Shown in pieces: positions 1 to 8,945 of a DNA stretch of 64,000 nt. The stretch is from Gemmatimonadota bacterium (GTDB lineage Bacteria; Gemmatimonadota; Gemmatimonadetes; Gemmatimonadales; GWC2-71-9): the NCBI GenBank assembly GCA_003223395.1, contig QHUZ01000036.1:627-64626 (forward strand), written 5' to 3'. A program made the position numbers and the translations under genes. Position 1 is the first letter of the stretch; each line of letters begins with the position of its first letter. The notes under the pieces were generated by a model. It saw nothing but the letters and a program-made list of their open reading frames with translations. It searched no databases and was not told the origin of the DNA.

Positions 1-425
1 GCGGTCATCAGCACCGACGAGGGCAGTGGATAGCGCCCGCCGGGCGCATAGCATCCGGCACGCTGCAGCGGCGCGATCCAGTGACCCGCCGCACCGCCGG
101 GGACGGTGAGGGTCACCACGCTCAACGCATGCCGCTGCGCCTCGGCGAATCGCCGAATCCGTTCGGCAACGCGCTCGAGGCGCGCGCGGTCGTCGGCCGG
201 CAAGCCCGCGCGGACGCGATCGAGGGCGCGCCGGTCGAGGAACAACGGTCCGCCCCCCGGGACGTCACCGAAGCGCTCGGCGTACTCGCGCAGCGCGGCT
301 TCGCCGCGCGCCCGCACCGCGTCGACGATTGGTGCCGCGACCGCCAACGCTTCCGGCGTCACGGCACCGCCGCGCCGACGTATCAGCTCGGTGACGGAGC
401 GATGCGGTATCAGGCGCGCGCTCAT
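1..425 (-). CDS. hisD: histidinol dehydrogenase, N-terminal part (gene runs off the window start)
   Basis: Not in the ORF track because there is no stop in the window. Reverse translation from ATG 425-423 reads [20 protein letters not shown]...RAGCYAPGGRYPLPSSVLMT, which is HisD-like. ATGA overlap with the hisA-IE stop at 422-424. Confidence 0.85.
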   Translation of the reverse strand, partial: MSARLIPHRSVTELIRRRGGAVTPEALAVAAPIVDAVRARGEAALREYAERFGDVPGGGPLFLDRRALDRVRAGLPADDRARLERVAERIRRFAEAQRHALSVVTLTVPGGAAGHWIAPLQRAGCYAPGGRYPLPSSVLMT

Positions 426-1681
426 GTTTTCCTGGCCATCGGCCGGCGGTTCACCGCGCGGTGCCGGCGCGCGAGCTCGGCACGCACTTCCGCCAATGTC
501 GCGCCGCTACGCGCCAGAGCAACGAGCGCCATGTAGAACACGTCGGCCGTCTCACGCACGACGTCTTCAGATGACCTCGCCTCGGCCAGCTCGTCCGCTT
601 CCTCGCGCAGCTTTGCCCCGAGCAACTCGGGGTCGGCCAGCAAGCGCGCGGTTCCCGATCCGGGGACGGGTCTGGCGACGCGGTCAGCGAGCGTCCGCTC
701 CAGATCGGCCAGATCGAACTCCGCGGGCCAGCACGAGCGGCGATTCAGATGGCAGAACCCGGCGCCCGCCTGGCGTACCGTGAAACGCAGCGCGTCGCGG
801 TCGCAGTCCAGGTCCACGCGCACGAGCTGCTGGGAGTTCCCCGAAGTCTCGCCCTTCACCCAGAGCGATTGGCGTGAGCGCGACCAATAGATCCCGCGCC
901 GCTCGGCGACTGCGCGCGCGAGCGATTCCCGCGTGCTCCAGACGAGGCCGAGCGTATGGCCTGCCTCGTCGCAGACCACGGTCGGCCATACGTCGCCCGC
1001 CAACGGCTTCACGAGCGGCGCGGCGACCGCGTCGCCGAGCGACAGCTTGCCCGTGTAGATCGCCATACCGATCTGCGCATCCGCACCGAGGCGATCGAGC
1101 TCGGCCACCTCCTCCGAGGTGGTAATCCCACCGGCGGCAGTCACGCGCGCTCCCTCGGCTGAGCGCACCACGGCTGCGACCGCGGCGCAGTCGAACCCTC
1201 TCATCTCTCCTTCCTTCTCCACCTGTGTGAAGAGGAAGCCGCCTACGACCGGCGCGAGCGCGCGGACCTGCTCGAGCACAGGGACGCCTGTCTTTCGGCG
1301 CCACCCGTCGACCACGACCTTGCCGCGTTTCGCGTCCACAGCCGCGATGACGCGCTCGCGCGGCAAGGCGCCACAGAACTTCGGTGTGGCGGCGGTCCCG
1401 ATCATGAGCTGGACAGCGCCGGCGTCGAGCCAGCGACGCGCTGTTTCGAGATCGCGGATGCCTCCACCGACGCGACAGGGCGCGCGACGCACCAGATCCC
1501 GGATCAACGCGGCGTTCGAACCCTGGCCGAGCGCGGCGTCCAAATCCACGACCGCCACGTCTCCTGCGACGGAGAACTCATTCAACCGTTCGCGGGGATC
1601 GCCGCCGTCCAGGACGAATTCGCTGCCGCGCCGCAGCTGCACCGCGCGTCCACCCATGATGTCGATGCTCGGTACGATCAT
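422..1681 (-). CDS. hisA-hisIE: fusion protein: ProFAR isomerase (HisA) + PR-AMP cyclohydrolase (HisI) + PR-ATP pyrophosphatase (HisE)
   Basis: Single 419-aa ORF. Residues 1-218 form a HisA barrel ([21 protein letters not shown]). Residues 232-318 are HisI ([17 protein letters not shown]...DCDRDAL). Residues 325-410 are HisE ([15 protein letters not shown]...[11 protein letters not shown]). Confidence 0.85.
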   Translation of the reverse strand: MIVPSIDIMGGRAVQLRRGSEFVLDGGDPRERLNEFSVAGDVAVVDLDAALGQGSNAALIRDLVRRAPCRVGGGIRDLETARRWLDAGAVQLMIGTAATPKFCGALPRERVIAAVDAKRGKVVVDGWRRKTGVPVLEQVRALAPVVGGFLFTQVEKEGEMRGFDCAAVAAVVRSAEGARVTAAGGITTSEEVAELDRLGADAQIGMAIYTGKLSLGDAVAAPLVKPLAGDVWPTVVCDEAGHTLGLVWSTRESLARAVAERRGIYWSRSRQSLWVKGETSGNSQQLVRVDLDCDRDALRFTVRQAGAGFCHLNRRSCWPAEFDLADLERTLADRVARPVPGSGTARLLADPELLGAKLREEADELAEARSSEDVVRETADVFYMALVALARSGATLAEVRAELARRHRAVNRRPMARKT

Positions 1682-3060
1682 TGCCGCACCCGAAATCCCC
1701 GGACCGCGAGGTCCGCCTTGATGCCATCAACCGTGTCGTCGCCATCGTGAAAGACCGATGCCGCCAGGACAGCGTCGGCCCCTCCGGCGAAGGCCGCGGC
1801 GACATGCGCCCGCGTTCCGACGCCGCCTGAAGCGATCACTGGGACCCGAACCGCGTCGGACACCGCGCGTAGCAGGTCGAGATCGTGCCCCACCCGCGTG
1901 CCGTCGCGATCCCAACTCGTGAGCAAGATCTCGCCCGCGCCAAGATTCTCACCTTCACGGGCCCACGCCACCGCGTCGGGCCGTGCGATCTCGCGGCCCC
2001 CGATCACCAGCACTTGCCAGTTCTCCGCCGCGCGCCGCGCATCGATCGCGAGCACGACACATTGGCGGCCAAAGGCCTGCGCCAACTCGGTCAGTAGCTC
2101 AGGACGACGGACCGCGGCCGTGTTGACGCTCACTTTGTCGGCGCCGGCGGCGAGCAGCTGCCGCGCATCGTCCACGCTGCGAACGCCGCCGCCCACGGTC
2201 AGTGGAATCCGGATCGCCGCACGGACCCGCCGCACCGTCTCGACCTGCGTGTCGCGCCCCTCGGCGGAGGCTGCAACATCGAGGATCACGATCTCGTCGG
2301 CGCCCTGCGCTTCGTACCGCGCCGCCTGCTCAGCGGGGTCGCCGGCGTCGCGCAGATCCTGGAAGCGGATGCCTTTGACAACGCGGCCGTCTTTCACATC
2401 GAGGCACGGAATGATGCGCCGAAACAAACCAGGCGATCCGTTCCCGGGGATACCCTCGGAGACCGGCCGCCCCGTCAGCCAGCGCTCCAGCAGCGCGGCG
2501 CCATACGCGCCCGACAGCTCCGGGTGAAACTGGCATGCGACCGTGGGTCCGCGTTCGAGCGCGGCAATGAACGGAACACCGTGCGTTGTCCAAGCCGGTG
2601 TCCATCCGTCTGGACTCTCGCACAACGCGTAGGAGTTGGCGAAGGCCGCGACGCCGCTCGTCACACACCGCGCTCCCGGCTCAGCCGTGACGCTGTTCCA
2701 GCCGAGGTGTGGGATTCGCACGGAGGGTGGCAGACGTCGACACGTTCCCGCCACAACGCCGAGCCCTCGGACTCCCGGCGCCTCCTCACTCGCGTCGCAG
2801 AGCATCTGCATCCCGAGACACACGCCGAGCAGCGGCGTTCCGCGGAGAGCGACATCGCGAATGATGATATCGAGACCCCGGGCGCGGAGCGCCGCCATGC
2901 CCGCGCCAAACGCGCCGACGCCCGGCAGGACGAGGCGCGCCGCGGTCCGCACGACGTCGGGGTCGGCGGTGACGGCGATCGTCGCGTTCAGACGGCGGAA
3001 CGCGCCGGCGATCGAGGCGAGGTTTGCAACCCGCGAGTCCACAATCACGAGCTCACTCAC
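1678..3060 (-). CDS. hisHF: imidazole glycerol phosphate synthase, fused HisH (glutaminase) and HisF (cyclase) subunits
   Basis: The track ORF 1678..3393 is over-extended. GTG at 3060 (VSELVIVDS) sits 8 nt inside the hisB end. HisH motifs are GVCLGMQML and QFHPE. A linker [16 protein letters not shown] is followed by HisF motifs [16 protein letters not shown] and [11 protein letters not shown]. Confidence 0.85.
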   Translation of the reverse strand: MSELVIVDSRVANLASIAGAFRRLNATIAVTADPDVVRTAARLVLPGVGAFGAGMAALRARGLDIIIRDVALRGTPLLGVCLGMQMLCDASEEAPGVRGLGVVAGTCRRLPPSVRIPHLGWNSVTAEPGARCVTSGVAAFANSYALCESPDGWTPAWTTHGVPFIAALERGPTVACQFHPELSGAYGAALLERWLTGRPVSEGIPGNGSPGLFRRIIPCLDVKDGRVVKGIRFQDLRDAGDPAEQAARYEAQGADEIVILDVAASAEGRDTQVETVRRVRAAIRIPLTVGGGVRSVDDARQLLAAGADKVSVNTAAVRRPELLTELAQAFGRQCVVLAIDARRAAENWQVLVIGGREIARPDAVAWAREGENLGAGEILLTSWDRDGTRVGHDLDLLRAVSDAVRVPVIASGGVGTRAHVAAAFAGGADAVLAASVFHDGDDTVDGIKADLAVRGFRVRQ

Positions 3061-3658
3061 GCGGCTTCCCCAGCGTCCCTTTGGTGGATGGCACGTCGTC
3101 GAACGGTGTGATCTGTACGGCCTGCCGCAGGGCGAGGGCAACGGCCTTGAACGCCGCTTCCGCGCGATGGTGGTCGTTGGCTCCCTTGATGACCTCGACG
3201 TGCAGCGTGAGTCGCGCTGCCGTCGCGAGCGAGCGCAACACGTGCGGCACATTCTCGCAGGACAGACCGCCAATCGATTCCCGGCGCAGACCCAATGACA
3301 CGTCAGCGTACGCGCGACCGGAAAGATCCACCACCGCCCGGGCGAGTGATTCATCGAGCGGCGCATAGGCCCACCCGAAGCGGGCAATGCCACGCCGCTC
3401 GCCCAGTGCGCGGTCGAGCGCCTCGCCCAGCGTCAACGCGCAATCCTCCGCGGTGTGGTGATCGTCGACTTGGAGATCGCCGCGCGCTTCGACGGTGAGA
3501 TCCAGGCGGGCGTGGCGGGCCAGTGACTCCAGCAAATGGTCGAGAAAGCCGACGCCGGTGCGGATTTCGGTCCGCCCCGACCCGTCGACGGTAACCTCGG
3601 CGCGGATGGACGTCTCCCGCGTGGTACGTTCCGCGTTGGCTGTCCGGTCAGGCTTCAT
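3053..3658 (-). CDS. hisB: imidazoleglycerol-phosphate dehydratase
   Basis: 201 aa with [21 protein letters not shown] and [12 protein letters not shown] motifs. ATGA overlap with the hisC stop. Confidence 0.95.
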   Translation of the reverse strand: MKPDRTANAERTTRETSIRAEVTVDGSGRTEIRTGVGFLDHLLESLARHARLDLTVEARGDLQVDDHHTAEDCALTLGEALDRALGERRGIARFGWAYAPLDESLARAVVDLSGRAYADVSLGLRRESIGGLSCENVPHVLRSLATAARLTLHVEVIKGANDHHRAEAAFKAVALALRQAVQITPFDDVPSTKGTLGKPRE

Positions 3659-4665
3659 AGCGCGGGAGCCTCCTGCCCGAGCACCGACTCGAGCGCAGCG
3701 CTCAGACGCGCATAATCAGCGGGGTCCCCGGGCAGCGTGATTCTCAGACTCGTCTCGAGACCCGCGCGACCAGGGAAGTCGCGAACGAGTACTCCGCGCG
3801 CGCGGAGTCCGTCGCGGACGAAAGTCGCGCTCCCCCCGAAGTCCGCAAGCACGAAGTTCGCCTGTGAGGCGCGTGCAGCGGCGCCACGTGACACCAGCAA
3901 ATCACGAAGCGTCGCTCGTTCTTCGCGAACTCGCGTGACGTGATCGCGCAGAGTTGCTTCGCCAGCCCGCAATCGTGCGAGTGCCAGAGCGAGTGAGGGA
4001 GCCGCCACAGGATATGGCGCGCCCGCAGATCGTACTACAGCGATCACACTCAGGCTGCCGATCGCGTAGCCCACGCGGCACCCCGCCAGACCCCAGGCCT
4101 TCGACATCGTTCGAACGACTATCACGTTCTCGAGATCGAGCAGTGCGGGAGTGAGATCCTCGTCGGCGTACTCGACGTATGCGTGATCGATCAGCACCAC
4201 GGCGTTCCGAGCTGCGGCTGCGATGCGGCGCACGTCCTGCCGCGATGCGACCGCGCCCGTGGGGTTGTTGGGGGTCACGACGACTACGACGCCTGTGCGG
4301 GCGTCGAGGCGGCCGAGGACGTCGTCGACCGGAAACCCATTCTCGGGCCACGGCACTCGCACAATCGGCGCCCCAGCGAGTGCGGCGAACCGCTCGAACA
4401 TGTCGAAAGTGGGCACGGGGAGCAGCACTGAGCGATCGGGACCTGCATACGCCCGGCAGATGCGATCGAGCGCTTCATCGGCACCGGCCGTGACGACCAC
4501 ACGGTCAGGCGTCACGTCGATCCGGTCAGCGAGCGCCGCTTCGAGCACCGACGAATCGGAGTAGCGTCGAAGCAGCTCCGGGTCCAGCGCCGCCAGCTCG
4601 GCGAGCAGGGCTCGCGGTGGTGGCGGGCCTTCGTTGCTGTCGAGACGCAGGAGGCGCGCGCTCAT
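3655..4665 (-). CDS. hisC: histidinol-phosphate aminotransferase
   Basis: In-frame ATG at 4665 (MSARLLRLDSNEGPPPP) gives an ATGA overlap with the hisG stop. PLP lysine motif TMSKAWGLAGCRVGY is present. The upstream 62 codons of the track ORF overlap hisG. Confidence 0.85.
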   Translation of the reverse strand: MSARLLRLDSNEGPPPPRALLAELAALDPELLRRYSDSSVLEAALADRIDVTPDRVVVTAGADEALDRICRAYAGPDRSVLLPVPTFDMFERFAALAGAPIVRVPWPENGFPVDDVLGRLDARTGVVVVVTPNNPTGAVASRQDVRRIAAAARNAVVLIDHAYVEYADEDLTPALLDLENVIVVRTMSKAWGLAGCRVGYAIGSLSVIAVVRSAGAPYPVAAPSLALALARLRAGEATLRDHVTRVREERATLRDLLVSRGAAARASQANFVLADFGGSATFVRDGLRARGVLVRDFPGRAGLETSLRITLPGDPADYARLSAALESVLGQEAPAL

Positions 4666-5555
4666 GGCACGATCTGCGAGAGTGTGGAGACGACAACGTC
4701 GGTGCCGCCGGCCGCTTTCACCGCCGGGATCACTTGCGGCAGCAGCTCGCGCGGCACCGCGGCCTTCACTGCGTATCCGGTGTCGCCAAACAGCCGTGAT
4801 ACTGTCGCTTGTCGCATGGACGGCAGGACGGCCACGACCGCGTCGAGACACGCCGCCGAGGCGTTCACCTCCAGCATCACGCGGCGCCGCGCCTCGAGCA
4901 CGGAGTTTATCAGCAACACCAGATCGTCGATGAAGCGTCGCCGCACCGGATCATCGAGGGCCGCACGGTGGGCATACAGTCGCGTGGACGAGCGCATCAA
5001 CACATCGACAATCGCGAGGCCGTTTGCCCCGAGCGTCGCACCGGTTGCGGTGTTGTCGACGATCACGTCGGCGTCCTCGGGCGGAAACACTTCGGTCGCA
5101 CCGTAGGACCGAACGAATTCGGCGCATAAGCCGCTCGCGCTGATCCAGCGCCGCGCCAGTCGATCGTACTCCGACGCAACGATCAGGCGACGCTTGGGCA
5201 GTTGCCCGCCCTCGAGCAGCGCGACCGGCGCGGCGGCGACCAGCTGCACCGGATCGAGCCCCGTGTCGAGCAACTCGACGACGTCCGCGCCGCCCGCGCT
5301 GCCCTCGAGCTCCGCCACCCAGTCCGCCCCGGCGAAGCCCACGTCGCGGCTGCCGAGGGCCAGCATCTCCACGATGTTCTGGGGCTTCAGCATCTTCGCT
5401 TCGGCGCCCGCCAACGACACATCGGGCCGATAGCCGCGGGCGCTTGGGCGCACGCGAATGCCCGCGTCGGCGAGAAGCGTCAGGACGGCCTGCTCCATGC
5501 GGCCTTTGGGAAGGCCGAGCCGGAACGGGACAGCGCGTGGGACAAATGTGGACAT
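4662..5555 (-). CDS. hisG: ATP phosphoribosyltransferase (long form)
   Basis: Start at ATG 5555 (MSTFVPRAVPFRLGLPKGRM) with GGAG 9 nt upstream. About 297 aa, including a C-terminal regulatory-domain-like region. Confidence 0.9.
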   Translation of the reverse strand: MSTFVPRAVPFRLGLPKGRMEQAVLTLLADAGIRVRPSARGYRPDVSLAGAEAKMLKPQNIVEMLALGSRDVGFAGADWVAELEGSAGGADVVELLDTGLDPVQLVAAAPVALLEGGQLPKRRLIVASEYDRLARRWISASGLCAEFVRSYGATEVFPPEDADVIVDNTATGATLGANGLAIVDVLMRSSTRLYAHRAALDDPVRRRFIDDLVLLINSVLEARRRVMLEVNASAACLDAVVAVLPSMRQATVSRLFGDTGYAVKAAVPRELLPQVIPAVKAAGGTDVVVSTLSQIVP

Positions 5556-5610
5556 CGATCGGCTCCATGTTGGCCGACCCGACTCCCCCAGGTCACTCGG
5601 GCGCCGCCCC

Positions 5611-5647
5611 AAAAGCACGACGCCGGCCCTGGGGGGGGCCGGCGTCG
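5611..5647 (-). terminator. intrinsic terminator of the his leader (attenuator stem-loop)
   Basis: Perfect 12-bp GC stem (5618-5629 and 5636-5647, 6-nt loop). On the minus strand it is followed by TGCTTTTGGGG. It lies between the leader ORF and hisG. Confidence 0.6.
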
Positions 5648-5677
5648 GTGATGACTCAAGACTCTACACGCCTCCGG

Positions 5678-5734
5678 CTATCCCCCGTGCTCCGAGTGAC
5701 CGTGATGATGCCGGTGCGAAGAAGTGCGCTTCAT
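5678..5734 (-). CDS. hisL: his operon leader peptide, MKRTSSHRHHHGHSEHGG
   Basis: 18-codon ORF (ATG 5734, TAG 5680-5678) with 6 His codons. It is located between a promoter-like element and a terminator upstream of hisG. Confidence 0.65.
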   Translation of the reverse strand: MKRTSSHRHHHGHSEHGG

Positions 5735-5741
5735 TGACCGT

Positions 5742-5770
5742 GATATAGCGCAGCGGCGAAACTGTGTCAA
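5742..5770 (-). promoter_or_regulatory. sigma70-like promoter of the his leader/operon
   Basis: On the minus strand: TTGACA (5770-5765), a 17-nt spacer, then TATATC (5747-5742). The leader ATG begins 7 nt after the -10. Confidence 0.5.
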
Positions 5771-6804
5771 TGCGCATCAGCTTCATACCTCACACGCGCG
5801 GGGGCCGCATACGCATGATCGCGCTCGCGGCCATCCTGCCGCTGCTGTTCCTTGCCATCTGGCTCTTCACCGTAAAGATGCCGGGGCCAGCTTTCGCCGG
5901 CCCGTTACCGCCGCTCACGCCAAATCAGGAGCTGATCCGAGCGGGACTCCAACGCCACGTCCAGGCGCTGGCCGGCGACATCGGTGTGCGCAGCGACGAG
6001 ACCTATTCCAACGTCCAGCGCGCGGCGGTGTACATCGAACGCCGCCTGAAAGATCTCGGGTTTACCGTGATGTCGCAGGAGTACACCGCCCGCGATCACA
6101 GCTATCGCAACATCGAAGCGACGCTCTCCGGCCTGCCGGGCCATGCGCACGAAGTCGTGATCCTCGGCGCACACTACGACACCGCCGAGGATGCGCCGGG
6201 CGCGGACGACAATGCGAGCGGCGTCGCGGGCGTCCTCGAGCTCGCGCGGATCTTCGCCCAGGAGCACCAGGCGCGCACGATCCGCTTCGTGTTCTTCCCC
6301 AATGAAGAGCCGCCGTCATTTCCGACGGCCGACATGGGCAGCCGCCAGTACGCGACGGCCGCGCGCGCGCGCAACGATCAAATCGTGGCGATGCTGTCGA
6401 TCGAATCGATCGGTTATTACGACATGGACAAAGGCAGCCAGCGCTACCCGTTCCCGCTGAACCTCGCGTATCCGAATGTGGGCGACTTCATCGGGTTCGT
6501 GTCGAATCTCAGATCGCGCTCACTGCTGCATCGCGCGATCGGCGCGTTTCGCGCGCATGCCACGCTGCCGACACAAGGCGCGGCCGCTCCAGCGTGGGTC
6601 CCGGGCGTCTGGTGGTCGGACCACTGGTCTTTTTGGAGGGTGGGTTATCCCGCGATCATGATCACCGACACCGCGCCGTACCGGAACCCATTCTACCACA
6701 CACCGCAGGACACGCCCGACAAGCTCGACTACGACCGCATGGCCCGCGTCGTGCACGGGCTCACGCACGTCGTGCGGGCCCTCGCCGCACCATCGGGGAC
6801 GTGA
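5764..6804 (+). CDS. M28 family metallopeptidase (aminopeptidase-like), membrane-anchored or secreted
   Basis: Motif HEVVILGAHYDTAEDAPGADDNASGVAGVLELARIF. N-terminal hydrophobic segment. Start is GTG 5764 or ATG 5770. Confidence 0.85.
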   Translation: MSMRISFIPHTRGGRIRMIALAAILPLLFLAIWLFTVKMPGPAFAGPLPPLTPNQELIRAGLQRHVQALAGDIGVRSDETYSNVQRAAVYIERRLKDLGFTVMSQEYTARDHSYRNIEATLSGLPGHAHEVVILGAHYDTAEDAPGADDNASGVAGVLELARIFAQEHQARTIRFVFFPNEEPPSFPTADMGSRQYATAARARNDQIVAMLSIESIGYYDMDKGSQRYPFPLNLAYPNVGDFIGFVSNLRSRSLLHRAIGAFRAHATLPTQGAAAPAWVPGVWWSDHWSFWRVGYPAIMITDTAPYRNPFYHTPQDTPDKLDYDRMARVVHGLTHVVRALAAPSGT

Positions 6805-7728
6805 TCACGGGGACATCGTGACCGGCGGCGTCGGGGCGGTCGGGGGGGTGGGGGGGGTCGGGGGGGTCGGCGGCACAGTCAACCGTTGCGCAGGATCTTG
6901 TCGATAGAATTCTCGCAACGCGTCATACAGCTCCGGTTGCTGCCGCCGGAGCTGGATCGGCTGCTCGAAGAACGTCTCGGTCGCGACCGCAAAGAATTCG
7001 GCCTTGTTCGTGGCGCCGTAGTAATCGAGAACGGTGTCCCGTCCACTGGCGGCGGCCGATACGAGATCGTCATAGTGCCGTGCGATGATCGCAGCCCAAT
7101 GCCGCACCGCGGACGGCGACTGCAGCGCGGGAGTGCCGTCGGCGACACCGTCCTGCTGATCCAGTTGGTGTGCGAACTCGTGCAACGTGACGTTCCGGCC
7201 ATCCAGGCTATCTACAGCCTGGGAGGCGACCGAGTCCCACGACAGAATCACGACACCATGCCGCCACGACTCACCCAGTCGAGCCTCGGTTGAGCCCAGA
7301 TCGTACTTGAACCAGGTAGGACTCCGCGGCCGGTACGTCCCTGGATACACCAGCACCGTGCGCAGCCCCGGATAGCACCCCGCATCCAGATGGAGCAGCA
7401 GCACACACGCCTGCGCGGCGATCATGACCTTCATTTCTTCGGTGACGTCCAACCCGTCGCATCCTTCAATGATTTTTTCTCGCAGGAACACCTGAACCAG
7501 ACGCAGCAGCTTCTCGCGTTCTGCGTCCGTGAGACGTCCGGCGACGGGGACCCGACGGCTGACGATCTCGCGCCAATGATCCGGGATGGGATCGGAAGCG
7601 AGCGTGGGCCGACGCCGCCACCGAACACCCATCAGCATGCGCCAGGTGAGGAAGTAGCTGCCGAAAATCAGTACGGCGGCGAGAACTGCGATTTCAAACG
7701 CCTCGAGGGCACTTCCGGAGCCCGTCAC
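6805..7728 (-). CDS. M90 (MtfA-like) zinc peptidase with N-terminal TM helix and C-terminal Pro-Thr repeat
   Basis: HEFAHQLD motif and YGATNKAEFFAVATETFF. C-terminus is PPTPPTPPTPPTAPTPP. GTGA overlap with the upstream cyclase gene. Confidence 0.75.
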   Translation of the reverse strand: MTGSGSALEAFEIAVLAAVLIFGSYFLTWRMLMGVRWRRRPTLASDPIPDHWREIVSRRVPVAGRLTDAEREKLLRLVQVFLREKIIEGCDGLDVTEEMKVMIAAQACVLLLHLDAGCYPGLRTVLVYPGTYRPRSPTWFKYDLGSTEARLGESWRHGVVILSWDSVASQAVDSLDGRNVTLHEFAHQLDQQDGVADGTPALQSPSAVRHWAAIIARHYDDLVSAAASGRDTVLDYYGATNKAEFFAVATETFFEQPIQLRRQQPELYDALREFYRQDPAQRLTVPPTPPTPPTPPTAPTPPVTMSP

Positions 7729-8393
7729 GAACCCAGCCGGGCGAATGCGCGCACCGGGAAGCTCCCCATTCCTCTCACGCGCGGCGGCACGGCAAAGAAC
7801 CGGAAGCCCGAGTCGGGGAGCGACGCCAGGTTGGTCAGGTGTTCGACGATCGCGACGCCGGCGCCGAGCAGGATCGTGTGGGCGGGGCGGGTGCCGTCCT
7901 TGTCGTCGTCGATGTTCAGCGAATCGATGCCCACCAGCATCGCGCCGCTCCTGGCGAGATACTCGGCAGCGTCTTTCGTGAGGAAGGGATGCTGGCCGCT
8001 CGAGTATGTCTCAGAACGCCAGTGCTTGTCCCAGCCGGTGTGCACGAGGACGGCCTTCCCTTTTACGTCGCCGCCCGTGAAGCGTGCGGCATCGATCGCA
8101 CGCTTCGCTCCGACATTCGCGCGCACGACAACACCGGTCAGATCGGCGACTGCTTCCAGCGCGTACCCCGCGACGTCGCGGCCGTCTTCGTAGCGATGGA
8201 ACGGGGCATCGATGTAGGTCCCGGTGTTCGCAAGCAGCTCGATCTTCCCGATCTGGAAAGTCGTGCCCGGCGCGTACCGTGCTTTCGACGCGTCGCGCGA
8301 GAGCCAATCGCTGATCGTCGGCGAGGGGAGACCGCGGTAGGTCACCATGCCGTGCTCGATTTCGTGACTCAGATCGACGAGACGCTCAGCCAT
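7725..8393 (-). CDS. cyclase family protein (kynurenine formamidase-like)
   Basis: Motifs GTYIDAPFHR, VLVHTGW and GIDSLNIDD. Confidence 0.8.
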   Translation of the reverse strand: MAERLVDLSHEIEHGMVTYRGLPSPTISDWLSRDASKARYAPGTTFQIGKIELLANTGTYIDAPFHRYEDGRDVAGYALEAVADLTGVVVRANVGAKRAIDAARFTGGDVKGKAVLVHTGWDKHWRSETYSSGQHPFLTKDAAEYLARSGAMLVGIDSLNIDDDKDGTRPAHTILLGAGVAIVEHLTNLASLPDSGFRFFAVPPRVRGMGSFPVRAFARLGS

Positions 8394-8778
8394 TGAACAC
8401 GCGCGCGAGTGCTTTCAACAGCTGCCCATCGGGCGATGCCCCATCCGGCGCCTCGGACAGCACCGTCACCAGCCGGCGACGCAGCAGCGGATCGCGCGTC
8501 GCCTGAGCGGCAAACTGTACCGTCAGCGGGATGAACCAGGGAGCCTGACGGGCGCCCGAGCCGGCACGCGCCACCGCAGCGTACTGCTCGAAGAGCGCGA
8601 GCAGGAAAGCACCCTTGGAGGGGAAATGGCGATAGATCGCGCCCTTGGTGAATCCAGCGGCGAGCGCGACCTCATCAAGCGTCGCGATCTCGAAGCCGCG
8701 CTCCGCGAACAACTCGAGCCCAGCCGAGACGAGCAGTGCCCGGGTTTCAGCCTTGCGCCGCTGGTGAATGATTCCCAC
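8386..8778 (-). CDS. TetR family transcriptional regulator (unusually short, 130 aa)
   Basis: N-terminal HTH ATLDEVALAAGFTKGAIYRHFPSKGAF. GTG start at 8778. Confidence 0.8.
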   Translation of the reverse strand: MGIIHQRRKAETRALLVSAGLELFAERGFEIATLDEVALAAGFTKGAIYRHFPSKGAFLLALFEQYAAVARAGSGARQAPWFIPLTVQFAAQATRDPLLRRRLVTVLSEAPDGASPDGQLLKALARVFNG

Positions 8779-8859
8779 GGGTATCTAGGATACTGGCTGG
8801 GACCTTTGGCGCAAGCATCCACGAGGCTAAACTAGATACCAGTGGGTATCGGAGATACC
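8774..8859. promoter_or_regulatory. candidate TetR operator array (GGTATC/GATACC hexamers)
   Basis: A 15-bp inverted repeat, cccacgggtatctag (8774-8788) and ctagataccagtggg (8832-8846), matches 14/15. There are also local palindromes GATACC-AGTG-GGTATC-GGA-GATACC (8835-8859). The array lies between the divergent TetR and ferredoxin genes. Confidence 0.45.
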
Positions 8860-8945
8860 GTTTGGTCCCTTGACTGAGCTAAGCGTCAGTCTAGGTTTGC
8901 GATTCGCCGCTTCATTGCGCGTCGGTTACGTACTCAGGAGAAGGA

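Noticed and set aside
3061-3393. 5' extension of the hisHF ORF (and similar extensions of hisC 4666-4851, hisG 5556-5618, slt 24477-24707, pabB 54342-54623)
   Set aside because: The extensions overlap the upstream genes in another frame and lack homology. Internal starts give the 4- or 8-nt overlaps typical of this operon style.
6833-6866. Short-period G-rich repeats (also C-rich 42504-42540, 59730-59830, 46260-46370) considered as CRISPR or tandem-repeat loci
   Set aside because: The periods are 9 nt or irregular, there are no spacers, and all lie in frame inside ORFs encoding Pro/Thr-rich linkers.
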